IMG/VR virus record: IMGVR_UViG_2838022645_000001
Direction: 5' to 3' (one strand)
Origin: an uncultured virus (IMG/VR IMGVR_UViG_2838022645_000001)
Taxonomy: Duplodnaviria; Heunggongvirae; Uroviricota; Caudoviricetes
Length of the DNA: 64,000 bases
Part shown: positions 46,171-56,524 of the stretch, in pieces
Position numbering within the stretch: the first letter of the stretch is position 1
How the letters are laid out: each line of letters opens with the position of its first letter
Position numbers and translations under genes: made by a program
The notes under the pieces: model-generated
Database searches by the model: none
What the model was told of the DNA's origin: nothing
The model's input: the letters and a program-made list of their open reading frames with translations, nothing else

Positions 46171-48219
46171 ATGACTGGTCTTGAGCTGATCCCGCTGATC
46201 GTATCGTCGGCGGCAACGACGGTTGCTGCCGCGAATGTGCTTTACCTCGGCACTGCGGCGCTTCTTTACGGCGGCCTTGCGGCAGGTGCCACACTTCTGT
46301 CTCGAGCGCTCACTCCCAGGCCGTCCGTACCCAAGCCAGAAGACGGCACATACAATCTCAAACAGTCGGTTCCATCGCTACCCATAGTGCTGGGTCGCGT
46401 CAAGAAGGCCGGCGACTACGTGTTCCTTGAGGAAAAGAACGGAATTGCGTACCACATTCTCGTCCACGCAGGCCATCGAATCCAGGGATATGTAAAGCAT
46501 TATCTGCATGATGAGGCGGTGACGCTGGATGGCTCCGGCAATGTCGTGTCTCCAGGGCATTTCAATGATGATGGCAATGCATACGTACAAATCACATCCA
46601 GGATTGGTCTCCCTGCCGAGACTGCATATTCTGATATAGCCTCGACATTTTCGACGATATGGAGCTCAAATCATCGCGGAGATGGTTTGGCGTCTGTGCG
46701 GCTGCGCTGCTACACCGCGCCGTCCAAGGATTACCTGAAGGTATACCCAAACCAGATGCCGGAGCATTCGGCCGTTATGGACGGAATGCTGCTGTACGAT
46801 CCCCGCACCGGCACGACTGCATTCACAAAAAATCTTGCCATCATGCGCCTTTGGCACCTGACCAGTCCATATGGTGGCAAGTTGTCGCTCGACGACATGT
46901 ATCTTCCCGACTGGATCAACGCGGCCAATGTTTGCGACCAAACCGTAACAAACAAGAGCGGCGGCACAGAGAGCCGGTATTACGGCGGCATGTGGTTTCG
47001 TGCCAACAGCGACCCTATCGAAGTAGGCAAGACGCTAGATCAGGCCGCAGAACTTGTCGTCTATGAGCGTGCCGATGGCCTGATTGGCGTTCACGCTGGC
47101 GAATATGTGGCGCCGTCAATTACATTGACGCGAGACGAGATCATCTCATTTGGTCTTAACGCCAATGTGGATCCTGCGACGACTGTTCTGGCTGTCCGTG
47201 GTCGGTTTACTGACCCGAGCGACCTCTACAACACCAACGACGCTGCGATCTATGGCAATCCATATGTCGGCGAAGACACAGAAAGAACAGCGACAGTCGA
47301 TAATGTCGCGGTGCAAACACACAACCATATCCAGCGCCTGCAGAAACTCGCATACATTCGCCGCAATGGCGCACGGGTCAGTATCACCGCTCACTATGAC
47401 CCAGATAACGATGTTGCCTATCATCGGTTCGTGCGCATCCAATACGCGCCAAAACTTTCCGACGCCGTAATCGAGATCACGTCGAAGGTGACGGTTTCTC
47501 TTCGGGATATGACTGTGACCTTTAGTGGTATTGTTGTGCCATCGGGGCTGTATGATTTCAACGCCGCGACAGAAGAGGGTGACCCTGGCTCATCCATTAT
47601 CATCATTCCACCATCAAGTGCACCGGTTCCCGTTAATTTCGATGTTGTAATCCAGACGGAAGTAGTCTCCGGCGGATCGTCTGCCGCATATGCCTTGGCC
47701 ACCTGGGATTTTGTCTCTGCGTCGCTTACATACGAGCTCGAGTGGGAAAAAACGTCTGGATCCACCGGACCTCAGTCAGTCGTATCCACGGCCGGCGAGA
47801 CACAGGTTCGCTCTGGGTATCTCGCCGATGGTGTGCAGTATAAGTTCAGGTTGAGAACGTGGTCAGGCGGCGCAAGTTCTGATTGGACTGATTATGAAAT
47901 CAGAACATCCACGGCAGATTCAAACCCGCCTGGCGTCGTCACCGGTGCATCCGCTACCGGCGGTGCAGGGCAGGTTACGTTCAATTGGACGGCGCCGAAT
48001 AGCGCCAACTATGCAGCGGCTCGTTGCTATTGGAACACAAGCAACACGTTCGTCGGAGCGACCTACGTGGCTCCCCCTGAATACGGATCGCCTAGTTCCG
48101 CGGACAGTCGCGTCATCACCGGCCTAACGGCGGGAATCAAATATGGCTTCATTGAGGCCATAAACGCATCCGGTGTAGCGGCTACCCCGCAAGCAACTGG
48201 CGCATTTACCGTCACCTGA
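46171..48219 (+). CDS. Central tail/tip protein with FN3 domains
   Basis: PIVLGRV, LYDPR, two C-terminal FN3-like repeats. Confidence 0.85.
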   Translation: MTGLELIPLIVSSAATTVAAANVLYLGTAALLYGGLAAGATLLSRALTPRPSVPKPEDGTYNLKQSVPSLPIVLGRVKKAGDYVFLEEKNGIAYHILVHAGHRIQGYVKHYLHDEAVTLDGSGNVVSPGHFNDDGNAYVQITSRIGLPAETAYSDIASTFSTIWSSNHRGDGLASVRLRCYTAPSKDYLKVYPNQMPEHSAVMDGMLLYDPRTGTTAFTKNLAIMRLWHLTSPYGGKLSLDDMYLPDWINAANVCDQTVTNKSGGTESRYYGGMWFRANSDPIEVGKTLDQAAELVVYERADGLIGVHAGEYVAPSITLTRDEIISFGLNANVDPATTVLAVRGRFTDPSDLYNTNDAAIYGNPYVGEDTERTATVDNVAVQTHNHIQRLQKLAYIRRNGARVSITAHYDPDNDVAYHRFVRIQYAPKLSDAVIEITSKVTVSLRDMTVTFSGIVVPSGLYDFNAATEEGDPGSSIIIIPPSSAPVPVNFDVVIQTEVVSGGSSAAYALATWDFVSASLTYELEWEKTSGSTGPQSVVSTAGETQVRSGYLADGVQYKFRLRTWSGGASSDWTDYEIRTSTADSNPPGVVTGASATGGAGQVTFNWTAPNSANYAAARCYWNTSNTFVGATYVAPPEYGSPSSADSRVITGLTAGIKYGFIEAINASGVAATPQATGAFTVT

Positions 48220-48280
48220 CAATAAAAGCCGTGATGCGTTAAGTCGCCTTGCGCGAACACTTCCACACATGGAGAATTGA

Positions 48281-50386
48281 ATGCCAGCACCTACAGCCGC
48301 AGTAGTCTTCGATGATTACAACACCTCTGGCGTTCCATCATCTGGGGCCAAAAAGGTAAAGAAGTCAGAAGCTCGCGCCTGGGGCTCCTGGCTTGAGTCG
48401 TTCATTACCGCGATCTCCGCCAATGCTGGCGCGATATACGCTACGAAGGCTGAGCTAGACGCCGACCTAAGCAAGGCCGCCAATACCATGGCTTGGGTCA
48501 TGAGCGACGCGACCGCGGCAAATAATGGTGTATACCGCAAGAGCGGCGCATCCGGCACTGGCAGTTGGACTCGAATAGGCGATCTCCCATATTCGTTCAT
48601 CGAGGCGCTCGACACCGGAGCCGGCACGCCCAACGCGATCCAGGCGACAAGCGATCTTCCGATTTCGGAAAGCGCCTTGGTTATCGTCAATGTATTCGAG
48701 GCCAACACCGGCTCGCCAGTTACGATCGCCTTTAATGGCGGATCTGCCCTGACGATCAAGACTAACTCCGGCAACAATGTCGTCTCGGGCGGCTTAGTCG
48801 CCGGCATGAGGTTGTTCGGATATGTCTCCGGTTCCGTCTTTCAGCTAATCAGCGACCAAGTGTCCGCATCTATCGTTGCAGCGGCCGAGGCGGCTGCGGC
48901 TGATGCAGAGGCGGCCCAAGCTGCGGCCGAAGCCGCAGCGGCTTCGGTCACCTTGCCGACGCCCGTTGCGCTGAACTACATCCGCGTAAAGGCGGACCTC
49001 ACCGGCTACGAGACTAGGACGCCGACGCAGGTTCTTTCCGACATTGGCGGCGCGGCGGCAGGAAGCCTGGACCGAAGGGTAAAAGATTTCGGCGCCAAGG
49101 GTGATGCCGTCATCATCCGCGCTGCCGTGACGATCGCGTCAGGATCTGCAGCACTCACCGTGACCGGTGCGAACTTCCAGACAACGGATGTCGGCAAGTC
49201 AATCGCGGTCGAAGGAGCTGGCACCAGCGGCGCGACGCTCTATTCAACGATCCTGTCCCGCACCAGCGCGACGCAGATCACGCTCGCAGCCAACGCATCG
49301 ACGGCCATCTCCGCCGTCACTAAGACCGTCACCTATGGCACGGACGACACGGCAGCCTTCAACGCGGCAATCGCCGATATCGTCAGGCAGACGGCAAGCA
49401 ATGACAACGCCATCTTCGGCGGCTCGCTCACCGTGGATGCGAAGGGCCGGTATTATCTGGCCAGCCCGATCGCCATCAACAAGCATGGCATCAAGATTAA
49501 GGGCGGCGGCTCGCACACCGATACCTGCATCATCGTTGCCCACGAGGGCTATGGCTTCTCATTCGAGAACAGTGATAGTAGCACAGCGCTGATGCGGTCC
49601 AACCGCGTCGAAGGCCTGCGCTTCCTCTCGACCGCAAGCACGAGAGCGGCAAACAGCGGTGCGATCTTCATGAACCGCGCGCTGCAGTTCGTCGTTCAGG
49701 ATTGCTGGTTTGCTGGACGTCAGCAGTTCGCCGTCCATCTTCAGGACTGCCTGGATGGCATCATCCGTGTGAACCGGATCGATGGTCCAGTGGAAGCTTC
49801 GATCAACGGCTTCACATACGGATTCTGGCTTGACAGTAACAATACCCTTTCCGGCCCGAACCAGATTACCATCGAGAACAACTGGATCGAGAACTGCGCG
49901 ACGGCGGGAATTCGAGTCACCGGCAACACTTCGTTCTCGGGCAACCAGGTCAATATCCGCGAAAACCTCATCCAAGGCGGCAGCGGCAACGGCATCATGT
50001 ACGACAAGCAGAATGGTCTTAACATCCTGCGTAACTGGTTTGAGGACAACGGCCGTGACGCCGTGTCTGGCCGCGCCGCGATCCTAGATATCGGCGACAA
50101 TGTCAGCCACCTCGTCACCTTCAAGGAGAATGTTTTCGGCGGCAACAACAACGCCAACGCCGATTTTCGCCAGTTCAGCATTCAGAAGGTCAACGGGTTG
50201 AAAGTGCTCGAGAACTTCTTCACCGGCGGCAGCCACATCCGCTGCACGACGTCAACCACATACAAGGTCTATATCGCCGACAACTGGTCATCCGGGACAA
50301 CGCCGACAGTGGATGCGATGACGACCGATGTCACCTATGCACGGAACACCTACGGCGATACTGGTACGGCCTGGACGACCGGCTAA
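48281..50386 (+). CDS. Tail fibre/tailspike with pectate-lyase-like beta helix
   Basis: VKDFGAKGD, TDDTAAFNAAI, repeated IxxNxI/F rungs. Confidence 0.88.
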   Translation: MPAPTAAVVFDDYNTSGVPSSGAKKVKKSEARAWGSWLESFITAISANAGAIYATKAELDADLSKAANTMAWVMSDATAANNGVYRKSGASGTGSWTRIGDLPYSFIEALDTGAGTPNAIQATSDLPISESALVIVNVFEANTGSPVTIAFNGGSALTIKTNSGNNVVSGGLVAGMRLFGYVSGSVFQLISDQVSASIVAAAEAAAADAEAAQAAAEAAAASVTLPTPVALNYIRVKADLTGYETRTPTQVLSDIGGAAAGSLDRRVKDFGAKGDAVIIRAAVTIASGSAALTVTGANFQTTDVGKSIAVEGAGTSGATLYSTILSRTSATQITLAANASTAISAVTKTVTYGTDDTAAFNAAIADIVRQTASNDNAIFGGSLTVDAKGRYYLASPIAINKHGIKIKGGGSHTDTCIIVAHEGYGFSFENSDSSTALMRSNRVEGLRFLSTASTRAANSGAIFMNRALQFVVQDCWFAGRQQFAVHLQDCLDGIIRVNRIDGPVEASINGFTYGFWLDSNNTLSGPNQITIENNWIENCATAGIRVTGNTSFSGNQVNIRENLIQGGSGNGIMYDKQNGLNILRNWFEDNGRDAVSGRAAILDIGDNVSHLVTFKENVFGGNNNANADFRQFSIQKVNGLKVLENFFTGGSHIRCTTSTTYKVYIADNWSSGTTPTVDAMTTDVTYARNTYGDTGTAWTTG

Positions 50387-50580
50387 GGGCTGCGGCGTTC
50401 GAAGTCGGACAGGCCAGCCTGGGCGGCATGGATGCAGACTGCGAGAAGCACGATTATGCAGCCTCCCATCGTCTCAAAGGCGTACAAGAACTTGTGTTCT
50501 GTCAGTTCAAACATCTCGGCGTTGGCGATAATGCCTAAGCCGGCCGCGCCAATGAGCGGGGCCAATAGTTTGCGTTTCAT
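50383..50580 (-). CDS. Small two-TM membrane protein (moron)
   Basis: AAGGA SD; opposite strand between fibre and lysis genes. Confidence 0.55.
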   Translation of the reverse strand: MKRKLLAPLIGAAGLGIIANAEMFELTEHKFLYAFETMGGCIIVLLAVCIHAAQAGLSDFERRSP

Positions 50581-50674
50581 CGCGCTCTTCTATCCTTGTA
50601 GTTAGGGTTGATAGTAGACGCAAAAACGTTCAACGGCAAGGCGTAATAAACCCCAAACACCACCGGAGCCAACC

Positions 50675-50926
50675 ATGCTTCGCACGCTTTTCTCAGGCGC
50701 GCGTGACGCTGTCGCGCGCGTGCTCATCCCCGATGCGGCCGCGGTCTACAAAAAGGCCTGGTCGCTCCGCCTTATCGAGCTCGCCGCCGCGGCCGACGTC
50801 ATCCTCAATGTCGTGCCGGTCGTCTCTGACTACCTGCCGTGGTGGCTGACGCTCGCGTTGCTCGGCGGCGCATGGGTCGCGCGCCTGCTCATCCAAAACA
50901 AGGAGGCACCAGTTGCCGATCAATAA
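50675..50926 (+). CDS. Holin-like protein
   Basis: KAWSLRL, two TM segments, ARLLIQ; precedes endolysin. Confidence 0.7.
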   Translation: MLRTLFSGARDAVARVLIPDAAAVYKKAWSLRLIELAAAADVILNVVPVVSDYLPWWLTLALLGGAWVARLLIQNKEAPVADQ

Positions 50927-51509
50927 GATTGTCGCGACGAAGCGCGGCAAGGCTGCCATTGCTGCTGCCATGTTCGCGGCCGTGCTGGCCGCCGGCCAGT
51001 CGTATTTCGCCGAGCCGGCGCGGCCGGCCGCCGTCATCCTAGCAACGGAAACGCTGATCAAGCCGTGGGAAGGCCTGGTGCTGAAATCACACTGGGATCC
51101 TTACGCCAAGATCTGGGACATCTGCCACGGCGAGACGCAGATCGACGGCAAGCCGGTCAAGCCCGGCATGACCTTCACGACCGACGAGTGCGAGGCCATC
51201 CTCGAGGCGCGCGTGAAGCGCGACTATTACGAGCCGCTGACGAAGCAGATCAAGGGCTTCACCCGGTTCCCGATCGGCGTGCAGGCCGCGATGATCTCCG
51301 GCGCCTTTAACTTCGGTGTGTCAGGCATGGTCAATTCGACAGCCGCGCGCCTGGCGGTGCAGGGCCGCTATCGCGAGGCATGCGAGGCGCAGACGGCTTG
51401 GAACAAGGCCGGCGGCCGTGTCGTGCAGGGCCTCGTAAAGCGGCGCGAGATGGGTGACGCCCAGCGTGCCGGCGAGGCTGAGATCTGCGTGTCGGGGCTG
51501 TCGCAATGA
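50913..51509 (+). CDS. GH24 endolysin with N-terminal signal/SAR segment
   Basis: WEG......D....WDICHGET; FNFG; GLVKRR. Confidence 0.92.
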   Translation: MPINKIVATKRGKAAIAAAMFAAVLAAGQSYFAEPARPAAVILATETLIKPWEGLVLKSHWDPYAKIWDICHGETQIDGKPVKPGMTFTTDECEAILEARVKRDYYEPLTKQIKGFTRFPIGVQAAMISGAFNFGVSGMVNSTAARLAVQGRYREACEAQTAWNKAGGRVVQGLVKRREMGDAQRAGEAEICVSGLSQ

Positions 51510-51877
51510 TCGGGGCGCTCGCAAATAAATGGGTTGGCTACGGCATTGCCGTGGTCCTGCTCGCGCTCGCCGTCTGGTGGGGAGTCTCGACCATCTACAA
51601 CAACGGCTATGACGCGGCCAGCCTGAAATACAAGGCCGAAATCGCCGAGCTCAAGCAGGCCGCATCTGACGCAGCCAACGCCGAGACCGAGCGGCAGGTG
51701 GCCGCCAACAATGCCGCCAAGGCACGTGAGGCGGAACGCATCGCCGAGATGCAGGCCGCCAACGAAGACCTTCAATCTCAAATCGAGGAATTGCAGCGTG
51801 AAGCTAGCCAAGATCCTGATGCTGGCCGCACTGCTCTCGGTGCTCCCGGCGTGCAGCGCATTAACAAGGTCCGATAG
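51506..51877 (+). CDS. i-spanin (Rz-like)
   Basis: N-terminal TM plus coiled coil. Confidence 0.8.
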   Translation: MIGALANKWVGYGIAVVLLALAVWWGVSTIYNNGYDAASLKYKAEIAELKQAASDAANAETERQVAANNAAKAREAERIAEMQAANEDLQSQIEELQREASQDPDAGRTALGAPGVQRINKVR

Positions 51878-52100
51878 ACTGGTAGTGCCTCCGGCTCCGC
51901 CGGTGCTGCGGAAGCCAGACAGCATGTTGATCGAGCGTTGCAAAGGCCCGGTGGATCTGGGTGACAAGGCGTTGACGCAGGCCCAGCTGGAGCGCCTGTG
52001 GACCGCCGATCGCGAGCGGCTTCTGTCGTGCTTGCGGCGCCACCTGGCGCTGCGCGATTTCTATGCCGACCGCGACGCGCGCCTGGAGGCAAAGCCATGA
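51819..52100 (+). CDS. o-spanin (Rz1-like lipoprotein)
   Basis: MLAALLSVLPAC lipobox; Pro-rich; overlaps i-spanin. Confidence 0.75.
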   Translation: MLAALLSVLPACSALTRSDRLVVPPAPPVLRKPDSMLIERCKGPVDLGDKALTQAQLERLWTADRERLLSCLRRHLALRDFYADRDARLEAKP

Positions 52101-52405
52101 CCGGAGCAGAAATCATGGCCGTCGTCGGCTTCTTCGTCATGCTCACCGGCGCCGGCTGGCGCGTGTGGGCGCGCGTCGAGGCCAAGGTGAAGGTCGCCGA
52201 GGACAAGGCCGACAAAGTCGGCGCGGACTTGGCGGCCCATCGGCTGCACAGCGCGGAAATATTTGCGACAAAGACCAGTCAAGCCGAGCAGACCGCACAA
52301 TTGCTGCGTGCCATCGAAGGCGTCGGCAACAGGATCGACGGCGTTCACGAGCGCCTCGATCGTCTCTACGAAAACCCACCACAGCGGCGCGCCACGCGCG
52401 GCTAA
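52097..52405 (+). CDS. Membrane-anchored coiled-coil protein of the lysis region
   Basis: One TM segment then coiled coil. Confidence 0.7.
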   Translation: MTGAEIMAVVGFFVMLTGAGWRVWARVEAKVKVAEDKADKVGADLAAHRLHSAEIFATKTSQAEQTAQLLRAIEGVGNRIDGVHERLDRLYENPPQRRATRG

Positions 52406-52450
52406 TCACGGCGAACCAGCCGACCAACACCACATTTCAGGAGACTACCC

Positions 52451-52765
52451 ATGGCTTTTTCAGGCCTTCATGTCGTTTGCGGTTATCCCGGCTCTCTGTT
52501 CGCTCGAGACAAATCCCAGGCCATCCTCGGCAAGATCGCATGGAGCGAGGCACCGACCAGCGGCGTGACGTCCACCAACGTCGCTCCGACCGAAAGCGCC
52601 GGCTCCGGTCAGGCAATGTTCCGCATCCGCGCCGCCGCCGATTCCTGGGTATCGGTCGGCCCGACGCCGGACGCGACGACCGGCAAGCGCTTCCTTGTTC
52701 CGGCCGCGACTGACTACGACGTCTACGCCGAGCCGGGCGACAAATTCCAGTGGGTGGAGGCATAA
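52451..52765 (+). CDS. Hypothetical protein
   Basis: AGGAG SD; 104 aa. Confidence 0.75.
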   Translation: MAFSGLHVVCGYPGSLFARDKSQAILGKIAWSEAPTSGVTSTNVAPTESAGSGQAMFRIRAAADSWVSVGPTPDATTGKRFLVPAATDYDVYAEPGDKFQWVEA

Positions 52766-52769
52766 CCAT

Positions 52770-54164
52770 ATGTCGACTCTGCAACTTGGTAGGGTGCCAA
52801 ATCAGGCGCCCATTTCCATACCGGCGCGAGGTTACCGGCTTGGCGTCATCGGCACGTCCCTCGTGCAGCATAATGAGAACGGCACATTTAGCCCGAAGAT
52901 CTCCCACTGGTCACGCGGCTGGTTGTCTTGGGCGCGCTTCTATGCTGGCCGCCTATTCTCCTGCCCGATTTGGTGGGATAGCACTGTTTATGTCGGTTGG
53001 GAGCCTTCAGGAGTAGGTGGCGCGACGCGCTATTTTCAGGGCCTCAATGCAGGTGTCAGCGGCCAGACCTATGCGCAGATCGAAGCGCGCAAAGCGTATC
53101 TCGCTACCAAAGTTGATTGCGACATCATCATTATCGATGACGGCACCAATGACATGGGGCCCCAAACGAAAGAAAGCATCCAAGCCGCTCGCGAGGCGCT
53201 TGCAAGCTACTACCTGTCTTTCGGAAAAATCGTCATCCTCATGCCCATACTTGCGCGCGGCGTGGGTTCATGGACTGGGGGCGGTCCAGAAAGGGCGAAG
53301 GCACATTGGATTAATCGCAAGACGCGCGAGTTTTGCCGCACCAAGAAGAATTGTTATTTCTTTGACTGGAACCTGTATTGGGCTGATTTAGCCTCAACCT
53401 ACGGTGAACCGAAGAGCGGCTATTCCCCAGACTCCATCCACTTTAACCCGAAGGGTGGGGAATCGGTCGGATATGGTTTGGTCCAGTTTCTCGCTACGAT
53501 TTTGCCAGCCGCACAGAACTTCACGGCATATCCTGATGACTTGTTCGACGCCACGAACAACCCGCTGGGCAACGTGTTGACGAATCCGCTCTGCCTCGGC
53601 ACGACCGGGACGCTCGGTACTGGCGCTACAGGTTCAGTTGCGAATGGAATGCGGGTCGAGCGCTCATCAGGAGGATCGTCGGTCGTTGCATCAAAGGAAG
53701 CGAGATCGGATGGTCTCGGTGAATATGAGGTCATGACATTCACGCCGGCGGGTACGGCGGAAGACCTATTTTACTTCCGCACCAACGCAGCTAACACGGC
53801 CCTGACGGGTGCCGTGGCTGGCGAGTGGTTCCAAGCCCGCTGCAAGGTTGAGACGAACAACTATGCAGGATTTACCGGGGTTTCGTTGCTTCTGAATGAT
53901 CAGGGCTCAACCTCGATGTCGGCTTACGCGATGGAGCCGTTTAACAGCGGTTCAGCCAACGAAAAATGGGCCGCACTCGCGCGCGCTGGTTATCTCGAAA
54001 CGCCTGCGTTCCAAATCGCTGACGCTGCTCCTAACGTTCGTTGGCGGTTGGAAATTCGCTTTGACGCCAATGTGGCCGGTACGCCGATCGTCAAGTGCGG
54101 CGAAGTCGAGTTGCGTAAGGTGTCCGATCCGCGCACTCTCTTGCACTGGTCCGCGCCAGCGTAA
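52770..54164 (+). CDS. SGNH/GDSL hydrolase with a C-terminal beta-sandwich
   Basis: IGTSL, NAGVSG, GTND, DSIHFN blocks. Confidence 0.88.
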   Translation: MSTLQLGRVPNQAPISIPARGYRLGVIGTSLVQHNENGTFSPKISHWSRGWLSWARFYAGRLFSCPIWWDSTVYVGWEPSGVGGATRYFQGLNAGVSGQTYAQIEARKAYLATKVDCDIIIIDDGTNDMGPQTKESIQAAREALASYYLSFGKIVILMPILARGVGSWTGGGPERAKAHWINRKTREFCRTKKNCYFFDWNLYWADLASTYGEPKSGYSPDSIHFNPKGGESVGYGLVQFLATILPAAQNFTAYPDDLFDATNNPLGNVLTNPLCLGTTGTLGTGATGSVANGMRVERSSGGSSVVASKEARSDGLGEYEVMTFTPAGTAEDLFYFRTNAANTALTGAVAGEWFQARCKVETNNYAGFTGVSLLLNDQGSTSMSAYAMEPFNSGSANEKWAALARAGYLETPAFQIADAAPNVRWRLEIRFDANVAGTPIVKCGEVELRKVSDPRTLLHWSAPA

Positions 54165-54176
54165 CGCCCATCATCC

Positions 54177-54211
54177 AGCCGCCTCGCCTTAACCGGTGAG
54201 GCGGCTTTTTT
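54177..54211 (+). terminator. Intrinsic terminator
   Basis: AGCCGCCTCGCC-ttaacc-GGTGAGGCGGCT-TTTTT. Confidence 0.85.
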
Positions 54212-54215
54212 CATT

Positions 54216-54461
54216 TCAGGATTCCAGATAACTGCCGAACCGTAGGCGGCCAGCCTTGGCGCCGCACGCCGTGCACTTCAGTCGCGCCTCAATCTCGGGG
54301 ATAAGTGCGAAATCTAACCTCGCAGGCACACTCTGCCGATCGAACTCGCGCTCTGCTCCGCAAGCATCGCACCTTGCCAAGATCGTCACGTGGTGCGGAG
54401 CCACATAGAGATAGCCGGGCGACCATCCATTTATTTCCAGAAATCTGCGCAAGGCCGTCAT
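54216..54461 (-). CDS. Small Zn-ribbon protein
   Basis: CDACG and CTACG; LexA box at its start. Confidence 0.75.
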   Translation of the reverse strand: MTALRRFLEINGWSPGYLYVAPHHVTILARCDACGAEREFDRQSVPARLDFALIPEIEARLKCTACGAKAGRLRFGSYLES

Positions 54462-54469
54462 CCAGTTAT

Positions 54470-54484
54470 GTTCTCTTTATGTTC
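54470..54484. promoter_or_regulatory. Alphaproteobacterial LexA (SOS) box
   Basis: GTTC-TCTTTAT-GTTC matches GTTC-N7-GTTC. Confidence 0.8.
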
Positions 54485-54554
54485 CTGTCTGTCGATTAGT
54501 CAATAATCATTCTGGGTCAATTGCTTTTTAAGGTGTTGCTGATGTCATGGCGGC

Positions 54555-55570
54555 ATGACAAAGCCGCCTCGCAAGCCTTCCCAGCACTTGCTGGGTGACG
54601 CGGATGCACCACTCCGCCGCCGGCGCCGCCGGCGGCGCGATCCCGCCCAATCTCAACTGCTTCTCGACCCCATGCCGGCGCGCGTCGCTCCTTGTCTCGC
54701 GCTCCTCAAGCCGCGGCCGCCGAAAGGTCCGCAATGGGCATATGAAGTAAAATGGGACGGCTACCGCCTGGCCATCCACATTGAACCTGGCGGCGTCCGC
54801 ATTCTGACGCGCGGCGGCCATAACTGGACGGACCGTTTTCCCGCCATCGCCGCCCAGGCAAAGCGTCTTCCTGTTTCGACGGCGATACTGGACGGTGAGG
54901 CCGTCGTGTTTGACGAACTGGGCCGGTCGGATTTCGGCAAGCTTCAGCAGTCGCTCGGTGGCAAGGGCGGAAAGCGGATATCGTTGGAGTCGGTCTTAAT
55001 GGTCTTCGATGTCCTCTATCTCGCCGGCGCCATCTCCTCGAGGGGATAGTGCCGCCCGGCGGGGAGGAAGCTATTCGCCTCTCCGAGGAGATCGAAGCGG
55101 ACGGTGAAACGCTTCTGCGCATCGCCTGCGAGCATGGGCTTGAAGGCATCATCGCCAAGGATCGGAACAGCACCTATCGCGGCGGTAGGTACGGCGACTG
55201 GCTGAAGATCAAATGCATCCAGAGCGACGGCTTTGCCATCATTGGCTATCAGAAATCTAGCTCGGCGTTCGGAAATATCGGCGCGCTGCTGCTTGCGGCG
55301 CGAAAGGACGGGAAATTGGTCTACGTCGGATCGGTCGGGACGGGCTTTAAGGCAGACCAGGCAATGCAGCTGCGTGCAACCATGGACAAGATGAAGGTGT
55401 CAGCGCCAGCGGTTAGGTACACTGGCCGGCGCAAGAACCTGATATGGATTAAGCCCACTCTGGTCGCCGAGATCGAGTATCGATCCTGGACGCATGACGG
55501 CAAGCTACGGCATCCGTCATATAAGGGTCTGCGGGATCCAGCGGATAATTCTGCCATCTATGAATTTTAG
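54555..55570 (+). pseudogene. ATP-dependent DNA ligase (LigD ligase domain), frameshifted
   Basis: EVKWDGYR, LDGEAV, FDVLYL in the first part; EGIIAK, WLKIK, LRHPSYKGLR in the second; frame change near 55020. Confidence 0.85.
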
Positions 55571-55591
55571 GTTCCTGCGCCACATTCGTTG

Positions 55592-55601
55592 ACAAATTTG
55601 T
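55592..55601. promoter_or_regulatory. ACAAATTTGT box 8
   Basis: GTTGACAAATTTGTATGTTTACA, identical over 23 nt to box 3. Confidence 0.8.
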
Positions 55602-55673
55602 ATGTTTACATGAAAGTGATCTTGCTGAGGTCCACCAAGCCTCTGCTTCCCATTCACCACAGAGGAGGCGCAG

Positions 55674-56384
55674 ATGAGATTCTACAGATATGCGGCCGTA
55701 GCCGTTCTGACATTCGCAATCACCATGTTCGGTGTCGTCGCGCTCGCCGTGCCGAGCCAGCCGGTCTATACCACGGTCACCAATACGATCGTCCAGGCGC
55801 CGGCGACCACATCCGAAGATTCGTCCATCAAGATTTCCGTCGGCAATGGCCTCGGCTCCGGCGTCCACATCGGCGGCGGCAATATCGTGACGGCGGCACA
55901 CGTCATCGACGACGCCAAGACGGTCAAGATCAAGACCAATGCCGGCATCGAGAGCGATGCGACAGTGCTCTGGGTCAACAAAGACTACGACATCGCGCTG
56001 ATCCACACCGACGGCAACGTCGCCGGTTCCAGCGAGCTTGATTGCCGTGAGCCGCGATTCGGCGAGCAGATCCAGGCCGTCGGCAATCCGCTTGGCATGG
56101 AGTTCATCGCGTCGTTCGGCAGAGTTGCCGGTGCTGGCCGCCAGCTAGGCAACTGGAAGAGCGTTGTCGTAACTGACATGACCACGGTCATGGGACAATC
56201 AGGTGGCGGCATCTTTGCAAATGACGGCCGCGTGGTCGGCATCAATGTCGGCGTTACTCTTGCGCCGCTCAAGTCCGGCAAGGATGCAGCCGGCGCCGAC
56301 ACCTACACGCCGACCATGACCGGCTTCGGCTTCGTGGTTCCGGCTTCGGTTGTTTGCGATCTGCTGGCGCGGAGGGCTTCGTGA
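55674..56384 (+). CDS. Exported trypsin-like (S1) serine protease
   Basis: Signal/TM segment; TAAHV, DIALI, GQSGG triad. Confidence 0.9.
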   Translation: MRFYRYAAVAVLTFAITMFGVVALAVPSQPVYTTVTNTIVQAPATTSEDSSIKISVGNGLGSGVHIGGGNIVTAAHVIDDAKTVKIKTNAGIESDATVLWVNKDYDIALIHTDGNVAGSSELDCREPRFGEQIQAVGNPLGMEFIASFGRVAGAGRQLGNWKSVVVTDMTTVMGQSGGGIFANDGRVVGINVGVTLAPLKSGKDAAGADTYTPTMTGFGFVVPASVVCDLLARRAS

Positions 56385-56524
56385 TGCGGGCGCTCTTCAC
56401 CTTTTTCACTGTAACGTGCGGGCTTCTATCTGTTGCGTTTTCAAATGCCGACATGCGCGGCGGAACATTGTTCATGGTGTTCTTTTGCGCGCTGTTCGCG
56501 TCAATGAGGGAGGCAACCATATGA
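56384..56524 (+). CDS. Small hydrophobic protein (46 aa)
   Basis: Manual translation; coupled at both ends. Confidence 0.45.
   Translation: MRALFTFFTVTCGLLSVAFSNADMRGGTLFMVFFCALFASMREATI

Noticed and set aside
46171..54164. Diversity-generating retroelement or invertible tail-fibre cassette
   Set aside because: No reverse transcriptase, invertase or template/variable repeat pair seen
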